A stretch of DNA of 20,764 bases from assembly GCA_964013405.1 (NCBI GenBank), contig CAXGWI010000054.1, forward strand, positions 1 to 20,764, given 5' to 3'. Made by a program: the position numbers and the translations under genes. Each line of letters opens with the position of its first letter. The first letter of the stretch is position 1. Under the pieces are notes generated by a model, which was not told where the DNA came from, did not search any database, and saw nothing but the letters and a program-made list of their open reading frames with translations. Shown here piece after piece: positions 11,332-20,509 of the stretch. Source of the stretch: an uncultured Myxococcales bacterium (GTDB taxonomy: Bacteria > Myxococcota > UBA4151).

Positions 11332-12104
11332 TCGAGCAGTTACTGCCACTGACCAACTACCCGCTGTATTCAGCGGCAGCCCTCTTGGTTGTCGCCATGG
11401 CAACGATCACATTCCCTGTGCTTTTTTTCATCTCAGCGCCCTACGGTCGCCACCAAAGGGAGGGCTGGGGTCCAACGGTCCCCGCCCGCTGGGGCTGGGT
11501 GCTGATGGAGTCGCCCGCCTTTCTCGGTTTTGTGGTCGTCTTTGCAATGCACCAGGAATTGGCCACAGCAACAGGCTGGGTGGGTGCCAGCATTTATGCT
11601 GCTCATTACCTCTATCGAGCCTTCATCTTTCCCTTTCGAATGCGCGGTGGCGACAAAGCCAAGCCACTGCTCACCTGCTTCCTCGGTTTTGCCGTCAACG
11701 CATGCATTGGACCGGCCTTAGCCTTCGGTCTGACCGTACTGTGGACAACGCCTTTCGGCCCCTGGACTCCCAGTGCCTTTAGTGGCTTGGGACTCGTCTT
11801 GGCTGGAGCCCTCGTTAACCATCAGTCGGATCTGATCCTCCATCGACTCCGCCAGCCAGGTGAGACGACCTACCGAATTCCCTATGGTGGGTTCTTCCAG
11901 TGGGTCAGCGCACCCAACTATTTTGGCGAAATCCTGCAATGGCTCGGCTTCGCACTTTTTACGGGAATCCCCATGGCCTGGATCTTCTTCGCCTTGACCC
12001 TGGCCAACTTGCTTCCAAGAGCCCGGAGTCACCACCGCTGGTATAAGATCGAGTTTCCCGATTATCCTACCGACCGAAAAGCGCTCATCCCCTTCGTTTG
12101 GTAG
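11328..12104 (+). CDS. 3-oxo-5-alpha-steroid 4-dehydrogenase (steroid 5-alpha-reductase family) membrane protein
   Basis: Motifs APYGRH, MESP, HYLYRA, SD.IL..LR.PGET.Y.IP.GG.F.WVS.PNYFGE, NL.PRA..HH.WY and RKALIPF. GTG at 11328 overlaps the bolA stop (GTGA). Confidence 0.9.
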   Translation: MIEQLLPLTNYPLYSAAALLVVAMATITFPVLFFISAPYGRHQREGWGPTVPARWGWVLMESPAFLGFVVVFAMHQELATATGWVGASIYAAHYLYRAFIFPFRMRGGDKAKPLLTCFLGFAVNACIGPALAFGLTVLWTTPFGPWTPSAFSGLGLVLAGALVNHQSDLILHRLRQPGETTYRIPYGGFFQWVSAPNYFGEILQWLGFALFTGIPMAWIFFALTLANLLPRARSHHRWYKIEFPDYPTDRKALIPFVW

Positions 12105-12167
12105 GAGGCTATCAGGCGCTTGCGCGCGTGTGCGAGGACAACCTACGACGGTCATGGAGCCCCCCAA

Positions 12168-15100
12168 GTGAGCGATCTCGAAGCCCGCATCCTTGAACTT
12201 GGCGAACCACTTGTAGTCGCCGCTCGTCGAGGAGGTGGCGGCTTCGGCCAAGGCGGTTTTACAGGCAAACTGGTGGAATCCGTCATGGCGGATCCAGCAT
12301 TCAAGGTAGAAGCCTTCCGATTTGTCGATGTGCTGCCAACCCTGCGCGATGCGGATGAAGTGGCCCGTCATATCGACGAGTACTTTAATCGCAAAGGTGG
12401 CCCCCCCATGCCCACCTGGATGACCATGGGGGCAAAGGTAGCCGGTAGTGGCATTGGCGCTGGCATCTTTGCGGACCAAGTGGAACGCAACGTCAAAACC
12501 ATGGCTCGAAACTTCATCGCCGGCGAAACAGGCATCGATTGCTTGCCGACACTCCGGGCCTTGCGCCAGCGGGGACTGGCCATCACCGTCGACCTGTTGG
12601 GTGAAAAGACCATGGGCATGGCTGAAGCCGGCGTCTATCGAGACCGCTACCTGGAAGTCCTCGATGCCCTGGCAGCGGATGCGGCCCAATGGCCCGGCGA
12701 TGCCCTGGAAACCGCCAGTTGGGGCCCGGTCCCCCCGGTCAATATCTCCATCAAGCTCTCAGCCCTCGACCCCCATTTCGATTGCCTGGACCGTAAGGGG
12801 TTAATGCGTACGGCCGAAGCGAACCTCGTCCCCATTCTGCAGCGGGCCCGGGAACTGGGGGCCTTCGTGAACGTGGATATGGAGGATGACGCCCACCGGG
12901 AGGCGACCCTCTGGCTTTTCGAGAAGATCTGCACAGGGCCCACACTTGGCGACTATCCCCACCTCGGCATCGTGAGTCAGGCCTATCTGGTCGACGCTCA
13001 GAAAGAAGCGGAACAGTTGCTCGATTGGGTTCAAGGCCGCGGCGCACCGATTACGGTCCGACTGGTGAAGGGGGCGTACTGGGACCAGGAGGTGATCCAG
13101 GCGCAACAAGAAGGCTGGTCGATTCCGGTCTATACGCACAAGGCGGACAGCGACGCGAACTTCGAGCGGATGACCCGCTTTTTGATCGACCACGCCGATG
13201 CTCTGCGGCCAGCCATCGCCAGTCACAACGCTCGATCCATTGCGGCTGCGATGGCCTACGGCGAAGCGAAAGGCTTAGCCCGGAGCGATCTCGAGTTCCA
13301 AATGCTCTTCGGCATGGCCGAAGGGCTCATGGAGGCGGTGCGAGAACAAGGCTATCGCTTGCGGGTCTACACCCCCGTCGGCGAGTTACTCCCCGGCATG
13401 TCCTATTTGGTCCGCCGGCTGCTGGAGAATACGAGCAACGAAGGCTGGCTCGTGGCTTCCGCGGCCGGTCATTCCACGGCGGCCCTGCTCGCTGCCCCTG
13501 AAGATGCAGGCGGTCGGGCGGATCGGGAAAAGAGTCACACTCGAGAGCCTCCAGAAGCAGCGGAGGACGAGCCGGGCCCCTTTGCCAATGAACCGGTGGC
13601 CAACTTTCATCACTTCAGCACCTATGAATCGTTCCGCAACGCGGCCGATGCCTTCACCGAGCACCTGCCGCTGACCGTTCAGCCCTGGATCGATGGGCAG
13701 TGGCTCAACGAAGGGGAGTGTCGATGGCGCCGGGAAAATCCGAGCCAGATCAACCAAGTGGTGGCGGACGTGATTGGGGCCAGTATCGAGCAAGGCGACC
13801 GAGCCCTCACCTCGGCGCAGGCAGCTCAGCCGGCTTGGGCAGCCAAGGGCGTTGAAGTCCGAGCCGCCATGTTACGGCGACTGGCCGCCGCCATGCGGGC
13901 ACGGCGCCACGAACTGACCGCCTGCATGATGGTCGAAGTGGGTAAGCCAGCCTGGGAAGCCGATGCCGACGTGGCCGAGGCCATCGACTTCTGCGAGTAT
14001 TACGCCCGTGAGGCACTGAAACTGCAACGGGGCCAGGCCTTGCAAGTCCATGTGCCAGGAGAAGACAACCTGCTGTCCTTCCGAGCACGAGGCGTCGCGG
14101 TGGTGATCGCCCCCTGGAACTTCCCCTTGGCCATCCTCTGCGGCATGAGCACCGCTGCCCTCGTCATGGGCAACAGCGTCCTCATCAAACCCGCTGAACA
14201 GAGTTCGGCTATCGCCAAGCTCTTCTTCGACCTCCTCCTCGAAGTAGGGCTCCCCAACGGCGTGGCCCACTTTTTACCGGGTCGTGGCGAGACCTTGGGG
14301 GCGAGCCTAGTGGCTGATCCCCGGACAAGCATCGTGGCCTTTACCGGCTCGAAAGCCGTGGGTCTCTCCATCATCGAAACGGCCGCAAAGACCAGCGAGG
14401 GCCAATCGCAGGTGCGGCGGGTCATCTGCGAGATGGGTGGCAAGAACGCCATCTTGGTAGATGATGATGCGGACTTAGACGAGGCGGTGACCGGAGTGCT
14501 CCAATCGGCCTTTGGATTCGCTGGTCAAAAATGCTCGGCCTGCAGCCGAGTGGTCGTGCTCAGCAAGGCCTACGACGAGTTCTGTACCCGCTTAGCAGAC
14601 GGCGTGGCCGCCCTGCGGGTCGGCGGGGCCTGTCAGCCGGCTCTCGATCTCGGGCCGGTGGTGGATCAGGAGGCTTATGAACGTACACTGAGCTATATCG
14701 ACCTCGCCCAATCCGAGGGCACTCTGCTTGCTCAAGCAGACGTCCCAGAGGGGGGCTACTTCCCGCCTCCGACGGTCGTTAAGGACATCACGCCCAGCCA
14801 TCGGATCGCCAACGAGGAGGTCTTTGGGCCGGTCGTGGCCGTGATGCGGGCCGAGAGCTACGAACAAGCCATCGAGTGGGTAAATGCCACGCCCTACGCC
14901 CTCACCGCGGGCCTCTACTCCCGCTCGCCGGCCCGGATCGCCCAGGCTCGAGACCAATTGGAAGTGGGTAACCTCTACATCAATCGGGGTTGCACGGGGG
15001 CCATCGTCGAGCGCCATCCCTTCGGCGGCTTTAAGATGAGCGGTCTGGGCGGCAAAGCCGGCGGGCCCGACTACCTCCAGCAGTTTGCCGATGGTGTGGC

Positions 15101-15590
15101 GGTCGCGGAGAACACGCTACGCAGTGGCTTCGCACCGGATGTAGGACTCACCAAGGCCCCTGCCACGCCAAAAGCCGATGCCGGCCAAGGCCACGAAGCC
15201 AAGGCCGCAGCCGGAGCCGATCTGGGCTTACTCTTCCTGCGCGTCTCGGTGGGCGCTTTCATGCTTTTGGGTCACGGCTGGCCGAAGCTGGCCAATTTCG
15301 CAGCCAAATCCGCCCACTTTCCCGACCCCCTTGGTGTCGGCAGTTCCCTGAGCCTCAGCCTCGCCATCGTCGGCGAAGTGCTCGCACCTCTCTTGATCAT
15401 CTTGGGGCTGTTTACGCGGCTCGCCACCGTCCCCTTGATCATCACCATGGTGGTAGCTGCCGTCATGGTCCACGGTGGTGACCCCTGGGCCAAAAAGGAG
15501 TTCGCCCTACTCTACGCTTTGCCGGCCATCGCCCTCCTCTTTACGGGCGCGGGTCGTCACAGTTTGGATGCCCGCTGGAGACAGCGATGA
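12168..15590 (+). CDS. putA: Bifunctional proline dehydrogenase / L-glutamate-gamma-semialdehyde dehydrogenase PutA fused to a C-terminal DoxX-family membrane domain
   Basis: PRODH motifs: [43 protein letters not shown] motifs: PWNFP, FTGS, EMGGKN, GQKCSAC, EEVFGP, PFGG. After GFAP (ends 15137) comes a ~26-aa linker and then DoxX (15216-15590). Start is GTG 12168 after GGAG, or TTG 12120 after AGGAGG. Confidence 0.93.
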   Translation: MSDLEARILELGEPLVVAARRGGGGFGQGGFTGKLVESVMADPAFKVEAFRFVDVLPTLRDADEVARHIDEYFNRKGGPPMPTWMTMGAKVAGSGIGAGIFADQVERNVKTMARNFIAGETGIDCLPTLRALRQRGLAITVDLLGEKTMGMAEAGVYRDRYLEVLDALAADAAQWPGDALETASWGPVPPVNISIKLSALDPHFDCLDRKGLMRTAEANLVPILQRARELGAFVNVDMEDDAHREATLWLFEKICTGPTLGDYPHLGIVSQAYLVDAQKEAEQLLDWVQGRGAPITVRLVKGAYWDQEVIQAQQEGWSIPVYTHKADSDANFERMTRFLIDHADALRPAIASHNARSIAAAMAYGEAKGLARSDLEFQMLFGMAEGLMEAVREQGYRLRVYTPVGELLPGMSYLVRRLLENTSNEGWLVASAAGHSTAALLAAPEDAGGRADREKSHTREPPEAAEDEPGPFANEPVANFHHFSTYESFRNAADAFTEHLPLTVQPWIDGQWLNEGECRWRRENPSQINQVVADVIGASIEQGDRALTSAQAAQPAWAAKGVEVRAAMLRRLAAAMRARRHELTACMMVEVGKPAWEADADVAEAIDFCEYYAREALKLQRGQALQVHVPGEDNLLSFRARGVAVVIAPWNFPLAILCGMSTAALVMGNSVLIKPAEQSSAIAKLFFDLLLEVGLPNGVAHFLPGRGETLGASLVADPRTSIVAFTGSKAVGLSIIETAAKTSEGQSQVRRVICEMGGKNAILVDDDADLDEAVTGVLQSAFGFAGQKCSACSRVVVLSKAYDEFCTRLADGVAALRVGGACQPALDLGPVVDQEAYERTLSYIDLAQSEGTLLAQADVPEGGYFPPPTVVKDITPSHRIANEEVFGPVVAVMRAESYEQAIEWVNATPYALTAGLYSRSPARIAQARDQLEVGNLYINRGCTGAIVERHPFGGFKMSGLGGKAGGPDYLQQFADGVAVAENTLRSGFAPDVGLTKAPATPKADAGQGHEAKAAAGADLGLLFLRVSVGAFMLLGHGWPKLANFAAKSAHFPDPLGVGSSLSLSLAIVGEVLAPLLIILGLFTRLATVPLIITMVVAAVMVHGGDPWAKKEFALLYALPAIALLFTGAGRHSLDARWRQR

Positions 15591-16375
15591 CCGATGTTCT
15601 CTACAGCGAGGAGATCGGCAAGGCCTCCTCCCCAGGGCTGGTTTTAATTCACGGTTTCTTTGGTGATTCAGAGAGTTGGCAACCCCTCGCCATGAGCTTG
15701 GCCGGGTACTTCCGCGTCCTCCTCGTCGATCTGCCCGGTCATGGCCGCTCTGCTGCCGCCCTGTTGGACCTAGAAGACTGGCCGGCTCTCGCTCAAGCCC
15801 TTCACCGCCGCATTCAAGAAATGGACTGCCAGGGAAAACCCATTGTCGCTGGCTATTCCATGGGCGCCCGCACAGCGATGCAATTGGCAACCTACGCCCC
15901 GGGCGCGCTGGGGGGGCTGGTCCTCATTAGCGGCCATCCCGGCTACAAAGATCCGGAAGAAGCCAAAGCGAGACGCATCGAGGATGAGATGCTTGCCCAA
16001 CGCTTGGAATACCAAGAGTTAGAGGAGGTGGTGCAGGAGTGGGAGCGAAAACCCATCTTTCGGGGGCAAAGTGACCAAGCTCGAGAGCGCCAGCGCTATC
16101 TGCGCTTGAACCAGCATGGCCCAAGCCTCGCACTCGCCTTGCGTCGTTTTGGCTCTGGGACCTGCTTGCGACCCGAGAACGACCTTGGTGTCCAGTGTCC
16201 GGTCCACATCATCACGGGCGATCGAAACACAGTGGATCAAGAACGAGCGGAAAACCTCTGTGATCTCTTTCCGGAGAGTAAGTATACCGTGATGGCCGAC
16301 TGCGGTCACAACCCACTGGTGGAGGCTCCGGTGCAGTTAGGCTTCCTGATCCGCCAAACCTGTCAACAACCTTAA
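15587..16375 (+). CDS. menH: Alpha/beta-fold hydrolase, MenH (SHCHC synthase)-like
   Basis: HGFFG, DLPGHG, nucleophile elbow GYSMG (S91) and GHN (H241). MenH-like cap motifs R...D..LA.RLE, W...PIF..Q and LA.ALR..G.G. ATGA overlap with putA-doxX. The symbol is tentative. Confidence 0.65.
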   Translation: MTDVLYSEEIGKASSPGLVLIHGFFGDSESWQPLAMSLAGYFRVLLVDLPGHGRSAAALLDLEDWPALAQALHRRIQEMDCQGKPIVAGYSMGARTAMQLATYAPGALGGLVLISGHPGYKDPEEAKARRIEDEMLAQRLEYQELEEVVQEWERKPIFRGQSDQARERQRYLRLNQHGPSLALALRRFGSGTCLRPENDLGVQCPVHIITGDRNTVDQERAENLCDLFPESKYTVMADCGHNPLVEAPVQLGFLIRQTCQQP

Positions 16376-16503
16376 TGACCAGGGTGAATCTAACCACGCG
16401 ACGCCCCCCGCCGAATCGAGGGTTTACCACCACAGGAATAATCAACCGACGGCTTGTGCCGACCCCTGAGTCCTGGCACCAACCCAGCGCCAAGGAGCTT
16501 ATT

Positions 16504-18096
16504 ATGCGCCGCTTTCTGTTCATCGTCCCCATGCTCCTCGTCGGTTGCGATGAGGACCCACCCCCCTGTTCGCCCGGGGACTGTGCCGTGACAGAGTTCT
16601 GTGACCACGACCAGACCTGTAAGGCGCTGCCCAAGTTTGATGATGACTTCCTATGGGGTACGGCCATCGCTGGCTTCCAAGCGGACTACGGTTGCCCCAC
16701 CCTCCCACGGGAAGAGTGCGAAGATGTGAACTCGGACTGGTTCACCTTTACCACGGACCCTCGGACGGTCGAGTCGGACGGCGCCTTTCTTTCCGGCGAC
16801 CACCCCAGCGAAGTGGGCCCTGGCTTTTGGGAACTCTATGAGGCGGACTTCGAACGGGCCTCCAGCGAACTCAAAAACAACGCCTTTCGCATGAGTATCG
16901 AGTGGAGCCGGATTTTTCCCACAGCCACGGACGAGGCCAACACCCATGAGGAGCTCTCAGCCCTCGCCAGTCCTGAGGGTGTGGCCAAGTACCGAGCCAT
17001 GTTTGCAGCCATGAAGGCCCGGGGTCTGCAGCCGGTGGTCACCCTCAACCACTACGCACTCCCGGTTTGGATTCACGATGCCCCCACCTGTCATGTGGAC
17101 TTCGCCAACTGCGACCGGCGGGGCTGGGTGGATGATGAGCGCACCATTCGAGAAATCGCCAAGTTCAGTGGCTTCGTTGCGAAAGAATTTGGTGGTGACG
17201 TGGACCGCTGGGCGACCCTCAACGAACCGCTACAAAACATGCTCTTTGGTTACTTTCAGCCCAGTGCCGAGCGCAGTCATCCCCCGGCCTTGTCATTTCG
17301 CCCCGAACAAGCGCTTACCGTCTTTAATGCGCTCATTACCGCCCATGCGCGCATGGTTGATGCCGTACGAGCCAACGATGTGACCGACGCCGATGGCGAT
17401 GGTCACGCCACTCGAGTCGGTATTGTCTACCCCCTCGTGCCCATCAGCCCCATCGACCCCAGCGATCCCGCAGATGAATTGGCGGCGGAGAACATTGATT
17501 ACCTGTGGAACAAAGCCTTCTTGCGAGCGGTCGCCCTGGGCCAAGCAGATCCGGATCTCGACGGCGAGAGCGAGTTCCGTGAAGACCTGGCCGGACGCAT
17601 GGATTGGATCGGCGTGAACTGGTACTTTGGCATTTCGGTGGCCGGTGCCCCCACCAGTTTCCTGCCAGACTTGAGCCCCCTGCTCACCGTCGACCCCCTA
17701 CGCTTTGAAGAAGGGATCAACCAACCGGACCGCCTCGAAGAGATGATCAAGTTCGTCAACGAGGACCTGGGCTATCCCGTCTACATCTCGGAAAACGGGG
17801 CGATCTACGATGACAACGATCCCGACTACATGGAACGCTTCATCGTTCACAACATCGACGCCCTGCAACGAGCGGTGGCTCGGGGCGCCGATGTGCGTGG
17901 CTACTTCTACTGGACCTTCATGGACAACTTCGAATGGAACCATGGGGACGCCTGGCGCATGGGGCTTTATGCCATGGACGGCGCCAACGACCCGCAAAAG
18001 ACTCGGGTCGCTCGACCGGCCGTACGCCTCTACGGCGATATCGCCAGCACGGGCACCATCCCCCCAGCCGACCGCACGAAGCACATGAACCGATGA
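16504..18096 (+). CDS. Glycoside hydrolase family 1 (beta-glycosidase), lipoprotein
   Basis: FLWGTAIAGFQ, FRMSIEWSRIFP, TLNH, TLNEP (acid/base), ISENG (nucleophile) and WTFMDNFEW. ATG at 16504 follows AAGGAG, and MRRFLFIVPMLLVGC is a signal peptide with a lipobox. Confidence 0.92.
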   Translation: MRRFLFIVPMLLVGCDEDPPPCSPGDCAVTEFCDHDQTCKALPKFDDDFLWGTAIAGFQADYGCPTLPREECEDVNSDWFTFTTDPRTVESDGAFLSGDHPSEVGPGFWELYEADFERASSELKNNAFRMSIEWSRIFPTATDEANTHEELSALASPEGVAKYRAMFAAMKARGLQPVVTLNHYALPVWIHDAPTCHVDFANCDRRGWVDDERTIREIAKFSGFVAKEFGGDVDRWATLNEPLQNMLFGYFQPSAERSHPPALSFRPEQALTVFNALITAHARMVDAVRANDVTDADGDGHATRVGIVYPLVPISPIDPSDPADELAAENIDYLWNKAFLRAVALGQADPDLDGESEFREDLAGRMDWIGVNWYFGISVAGAPTSFLPDLSPLLTVDPLRFEEGINQPDRLEEMIKFVNEDLGYPVYISENGAIYDDNDPDYMERFIVHNIDALQRAVARGADVRGYFYWTFMDNFEWNHGDAWRMGLYAMDGANDPQKTRVARPAVRLYGDIASTGTIPPADRTKHMNR

Positions 18097-18431
18097 TTAC
18101 ACTCTACGGCATCCCCAATTGTGGTTCGGTGAAGAAAGCCAAAGACTGGCTCAACGCCAAGGGCCTGCCTTTTGAAGAAGTGAACTGGAAAAAGCGACCG
18201 ATCACCCGGGCGGAGATGAGCAGGTTCGTCGAAGAGAAGGGCCTGGATCTTGTCCTCAACCGAAGAGGGATGACCTGGCGCAAGCTAGGCCTCAAGGATC
18301 AGAATCTCTCCGATGAGGAGTTACTCGACCAACTCCTCGAACACCAAGGCCTGATGAAGCGGCCTGTGATCGACAAAGAGGGTGCGTTGATCGTCGGCTA
18401 CGATGAGGCGGCCTACGAGACCTTCTTCTAG
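18093..18431 (+). CDS. ArsC/Spx/MgsR family (YffB-like) thioredoxin-fold protein
   Basis: MITLYGIPNCGSVKKAKDWL, LN.RG.TWRKL and L.KRPV......VGYD. ATG at 18093 overlaps the GH1 stop. Confidence 0.9.
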   Translation: MITLYGIPNCGSVKKAKDWLNAKGLPFEEVNWKKRPITRAEMSRFVEEKGLDLVLNRRGMTWRKLGLKDQNLSDEELLDQLLEHQGLMKRPVIDKEGALIVGYDEAAYETFF

Positions 18432-20509
18432 CGGGCGTACTGCCAGACCACTTTACCAAGCACCGCAAATTCGGCCCCTTCATCCGGTTCGAATTGGTGG
18501 TCGTAAACCAAGTAAGCATCCAAACCAGACCAGGGTGTGTAACGCAGGCGACCCGACAGTCGCCACAGATCGTCCGTGTTGACATATTGCAGTTTCACAC
18601 TGCCGTAGAGTTGCCGGCTAAGGGCCAACTTCGCTGTACTTTCGGAGACGTGGACAAGGGCCACATCACCATCCCAATCAAAACTGTCGAGTCGGTGGCG
18701 ATAAAACAACCGTAACCGCCGAGCGACTTGAGCCCGAAAGTCACCGAGCAGCGTCGTGCGCCAGGCTCCAAAGTAAGGCCCAGTCCCGAGATAAGCGAAG
18801 AAGCCGATAGGCGCTCCGTTCGGGGTATCAGTCATGATCACAAATTGACTGTTCACATGGTCGCCGGCGGGTACCGTGAGGGATTCGATGAGTTCCCAGG
18901 ACTCCTCCAACCGCTCCACGTCCCCGTGAAGTTCCACCTTCATCCACAAGCCCTGTCGACTCACCGCACTGAATGGACTGATCTCCCCGTTGATGGCCTG
19001 AAAGCTTAAATCGGGATCACGCAAACGGAGCGACACATCGATGGGTGTCATCTCCATGTAAAGCGGGTTTCGAGCGTTCCGAGGACGCCAACGCTTGGTC
19101 CAGTCAAAAGCAAAGCGATGAAACCCAGAACGAGCCAAAAAGCCCAAACCTGGCTCAAAGCTGGCGCCACTGCGTTCGGCCACCAACTTCCATCGAGCGA
19201 GGTCATTGGGAGCGGAGACGAGGAGGCGATGGGCGAAACCCGTGGTTTGCGCCACTTCGGTTTGATCGACGCTGCCCAAAACCATCGCCTCAGCAACAAG
19301 GTTCTGGCGCTCGCGGAAACGATTGGTCGAATACCGAAAATCGAAACCGAAGACCCCATTGAAATCATCACCTTGTCGCCGGGCGGTCATCACTGTGCCG
19401 AGGGTGGAACTCGAGAGAACATCTCGACTGTAGCGAAGAGCGCCTGCCTCCACTGCCGAATCCTCTCCCTGAGATGCCATGCGAGCGACGAGCATGCCCA
19501 ACGTATCGCTGCCCCATTTCCCCAAGAGACGGGCTCCGCCTTGAATCGGCACCGTCTCTCCATCACTGTTGAGACCGATCCGTCGGCTATAAAAGGGACG
19601 GACCTGGTCACCCATGGAAAAGGCAAAGAAATCTTTGCCTTCGAGAAAAAACCTTCGCTTCTCAGGGAGGTAGAGTGCCGAAAGGCCCAGGTTTACCTGC
19701 GCTCGGTCCGCTTCTGCTTGGGCAAAGTCGGGAAACAGCGTGAGCGACAAACCGAGGGAACGACTCAATTGCACATCGAGATCCAATCCCCCTTGCACGA
19801 AGCCACCGGACTCCCCTGAACCCAGCAAGCCATAGGGTTTGAAGACCAGGCCAAGTTGTCTCGGCGGGCCCTTCACTCCCTGCAGAGTACCAGCCCGAGC
19901 GACCTGTTCGAAGCGAGCGCCACGTTGCCAGGCTTGCCACCGAACGGTCTCACGCCGGGCCGCAGAGAAGCGCTCGATGTTGAGTCCCCATCGTTGCTCT
20001 GCGCGCTCAGGCAAGCGGAGCGAGGCAAACGGGATTCGAAATTCTGCTGTCCAACCGCCGTCATGAACCAGGGTTTCCACCCACCAAAGACCGTCCCAAT
20101 CCTTGTTCTTTTGACGGCCATTCCCGCCAATCTGACTGTCCCAAAGGACACCTGCGGGGTTGGTGGCAAATAGATAGGCGTTTCGATCATCGTCGTAGGT
20201 ATCGATCAGCACACGTATCTTGTCGTCTAAGTCCAGGCGGTCACGCTCAAAACTCACAATGCGGGCAGGCAACGGGTCATCTGCCCACACAGCGATATAG
20301 AGGGCTTCCTGGTCGTATGCGAAGGCCACACGCGTCGAGACACTAGGCTTCGCTCCATTGTCTGGGACCGCTTGGCGAAAGTCATCGAGACGAGCTGCTT
20401 GACTCCAGACGTCATCGTCCAAGCGTCCATCTACAATGGGCGTCCCAGGCGCAGCGGGCCAAGCGGGTGGTGCGGCCCAAAGCAATGTAAGAGCCATCCA
20501 ACTCATCAT
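18428..20509 (-). CDS. DUF5916 / carbohydrate-binding family 9-like domain outer-membrane protein
   Basis: Signal peptide; CBM9-like VDGRLDD.VW..A, AYD..ALYIAV, IDTY.D.RNAY.F..NP.G and WTAEFRIPF.SLR; family motifs PDFAQAEAD...NL, PEKR.FFLEG and FYSRRIG; amphipathic beta-strand C-terminus ending VVWQYAR. ATG 20509 overlaps the upstream MAPEG stop. Confidence 0.85.
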   Translation of the reverse strand: MMSWMALTLLWAAPPAWPAAPGTPIVDGRLDDDVWSQAARLDDFRQAVPDNGAKPSVSTRVAFAYDQEALYIAVWADDPLPARIVSFERDRLDLDDKIRVLIDTYDDDRNAYLFATNPAGVLWDSQIGGNGRQKNKDWDGLWWVETLVHDGGWTAEFRIPFASLRLPERAEQRWGLNIERFSAARRETVRWQAWQRGARFEQVARAGTLQGVKGPPRQLGLVFKPYGLLGSGESGGFVQGGLDLDVQLSRSLGLSLTLFPDFAQAEADRAQVNLGLSALYLPEKRRFFLEGKDFFAFSMGDQVRPFYSRRIGLNSDGETVPIQGGARLLGKWGSDTLGMLVARMASQGEDSAVEAGALRYSRDVLSSSTLGTVMTARRQGDDFNGVFGFDFRYSTNRFRERQNLVAEAMVLGSVDQTEVAQTTGFAHRLLVSAPNDLARWKLVAERSGASFEPGLGFLARSGFHRFAFDWTKRWRPRNARNPLYMEMTPIDVSLRLRDPDLSFQAINGEISPFSAVSRQGLWMKVELHGDVERLEESWELIESLTVPAGDHVNSQFVIMTDTPNGAPIGFFAYLGTGPYFGAWRTTLLGDFRAQVARRLRLFYRHRLDSFDWDGDVALVHVSESTAKLALSRQLYGSVKLQYVNTDDLWRLSGRLRYTPWSGLDAYLVYDHQFEPDEGAEFAVLGKVVWQYAR

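Noticed and set aside
12121..12134. Alternating purine-pyrimidine tract TGCGCGCGTGTGCG before putA
   Set aside because: Short and expected by chance in GC-rich DNA; it may simply be coding if TTG 12120 is the start.
11718..12689. 323-aa antisense ORF, and similar long antisense ORFs at 8288-9025 and 19118-19819
   Set aside because: They overlap well-supported genes on the opposite strand, show no recognisable motifs, and are typical of high-GC codon bias.
16474..16488. Sigma-54-like TGGCAC-N7-GC upstream of the GH1 gene
   Set aside because: The -12 element lacks TTGC, and the implied start site (~16500) would fall downstream of the SD at 16492-16497.
18093..18431. Single-Cys CGSV motif as a degenerate Spx or an arsenic-resistance gene
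   Set aside because: A CxxV/I motif is normal for YffB-like ArsC-family proteins, and no ars genes are nearby.
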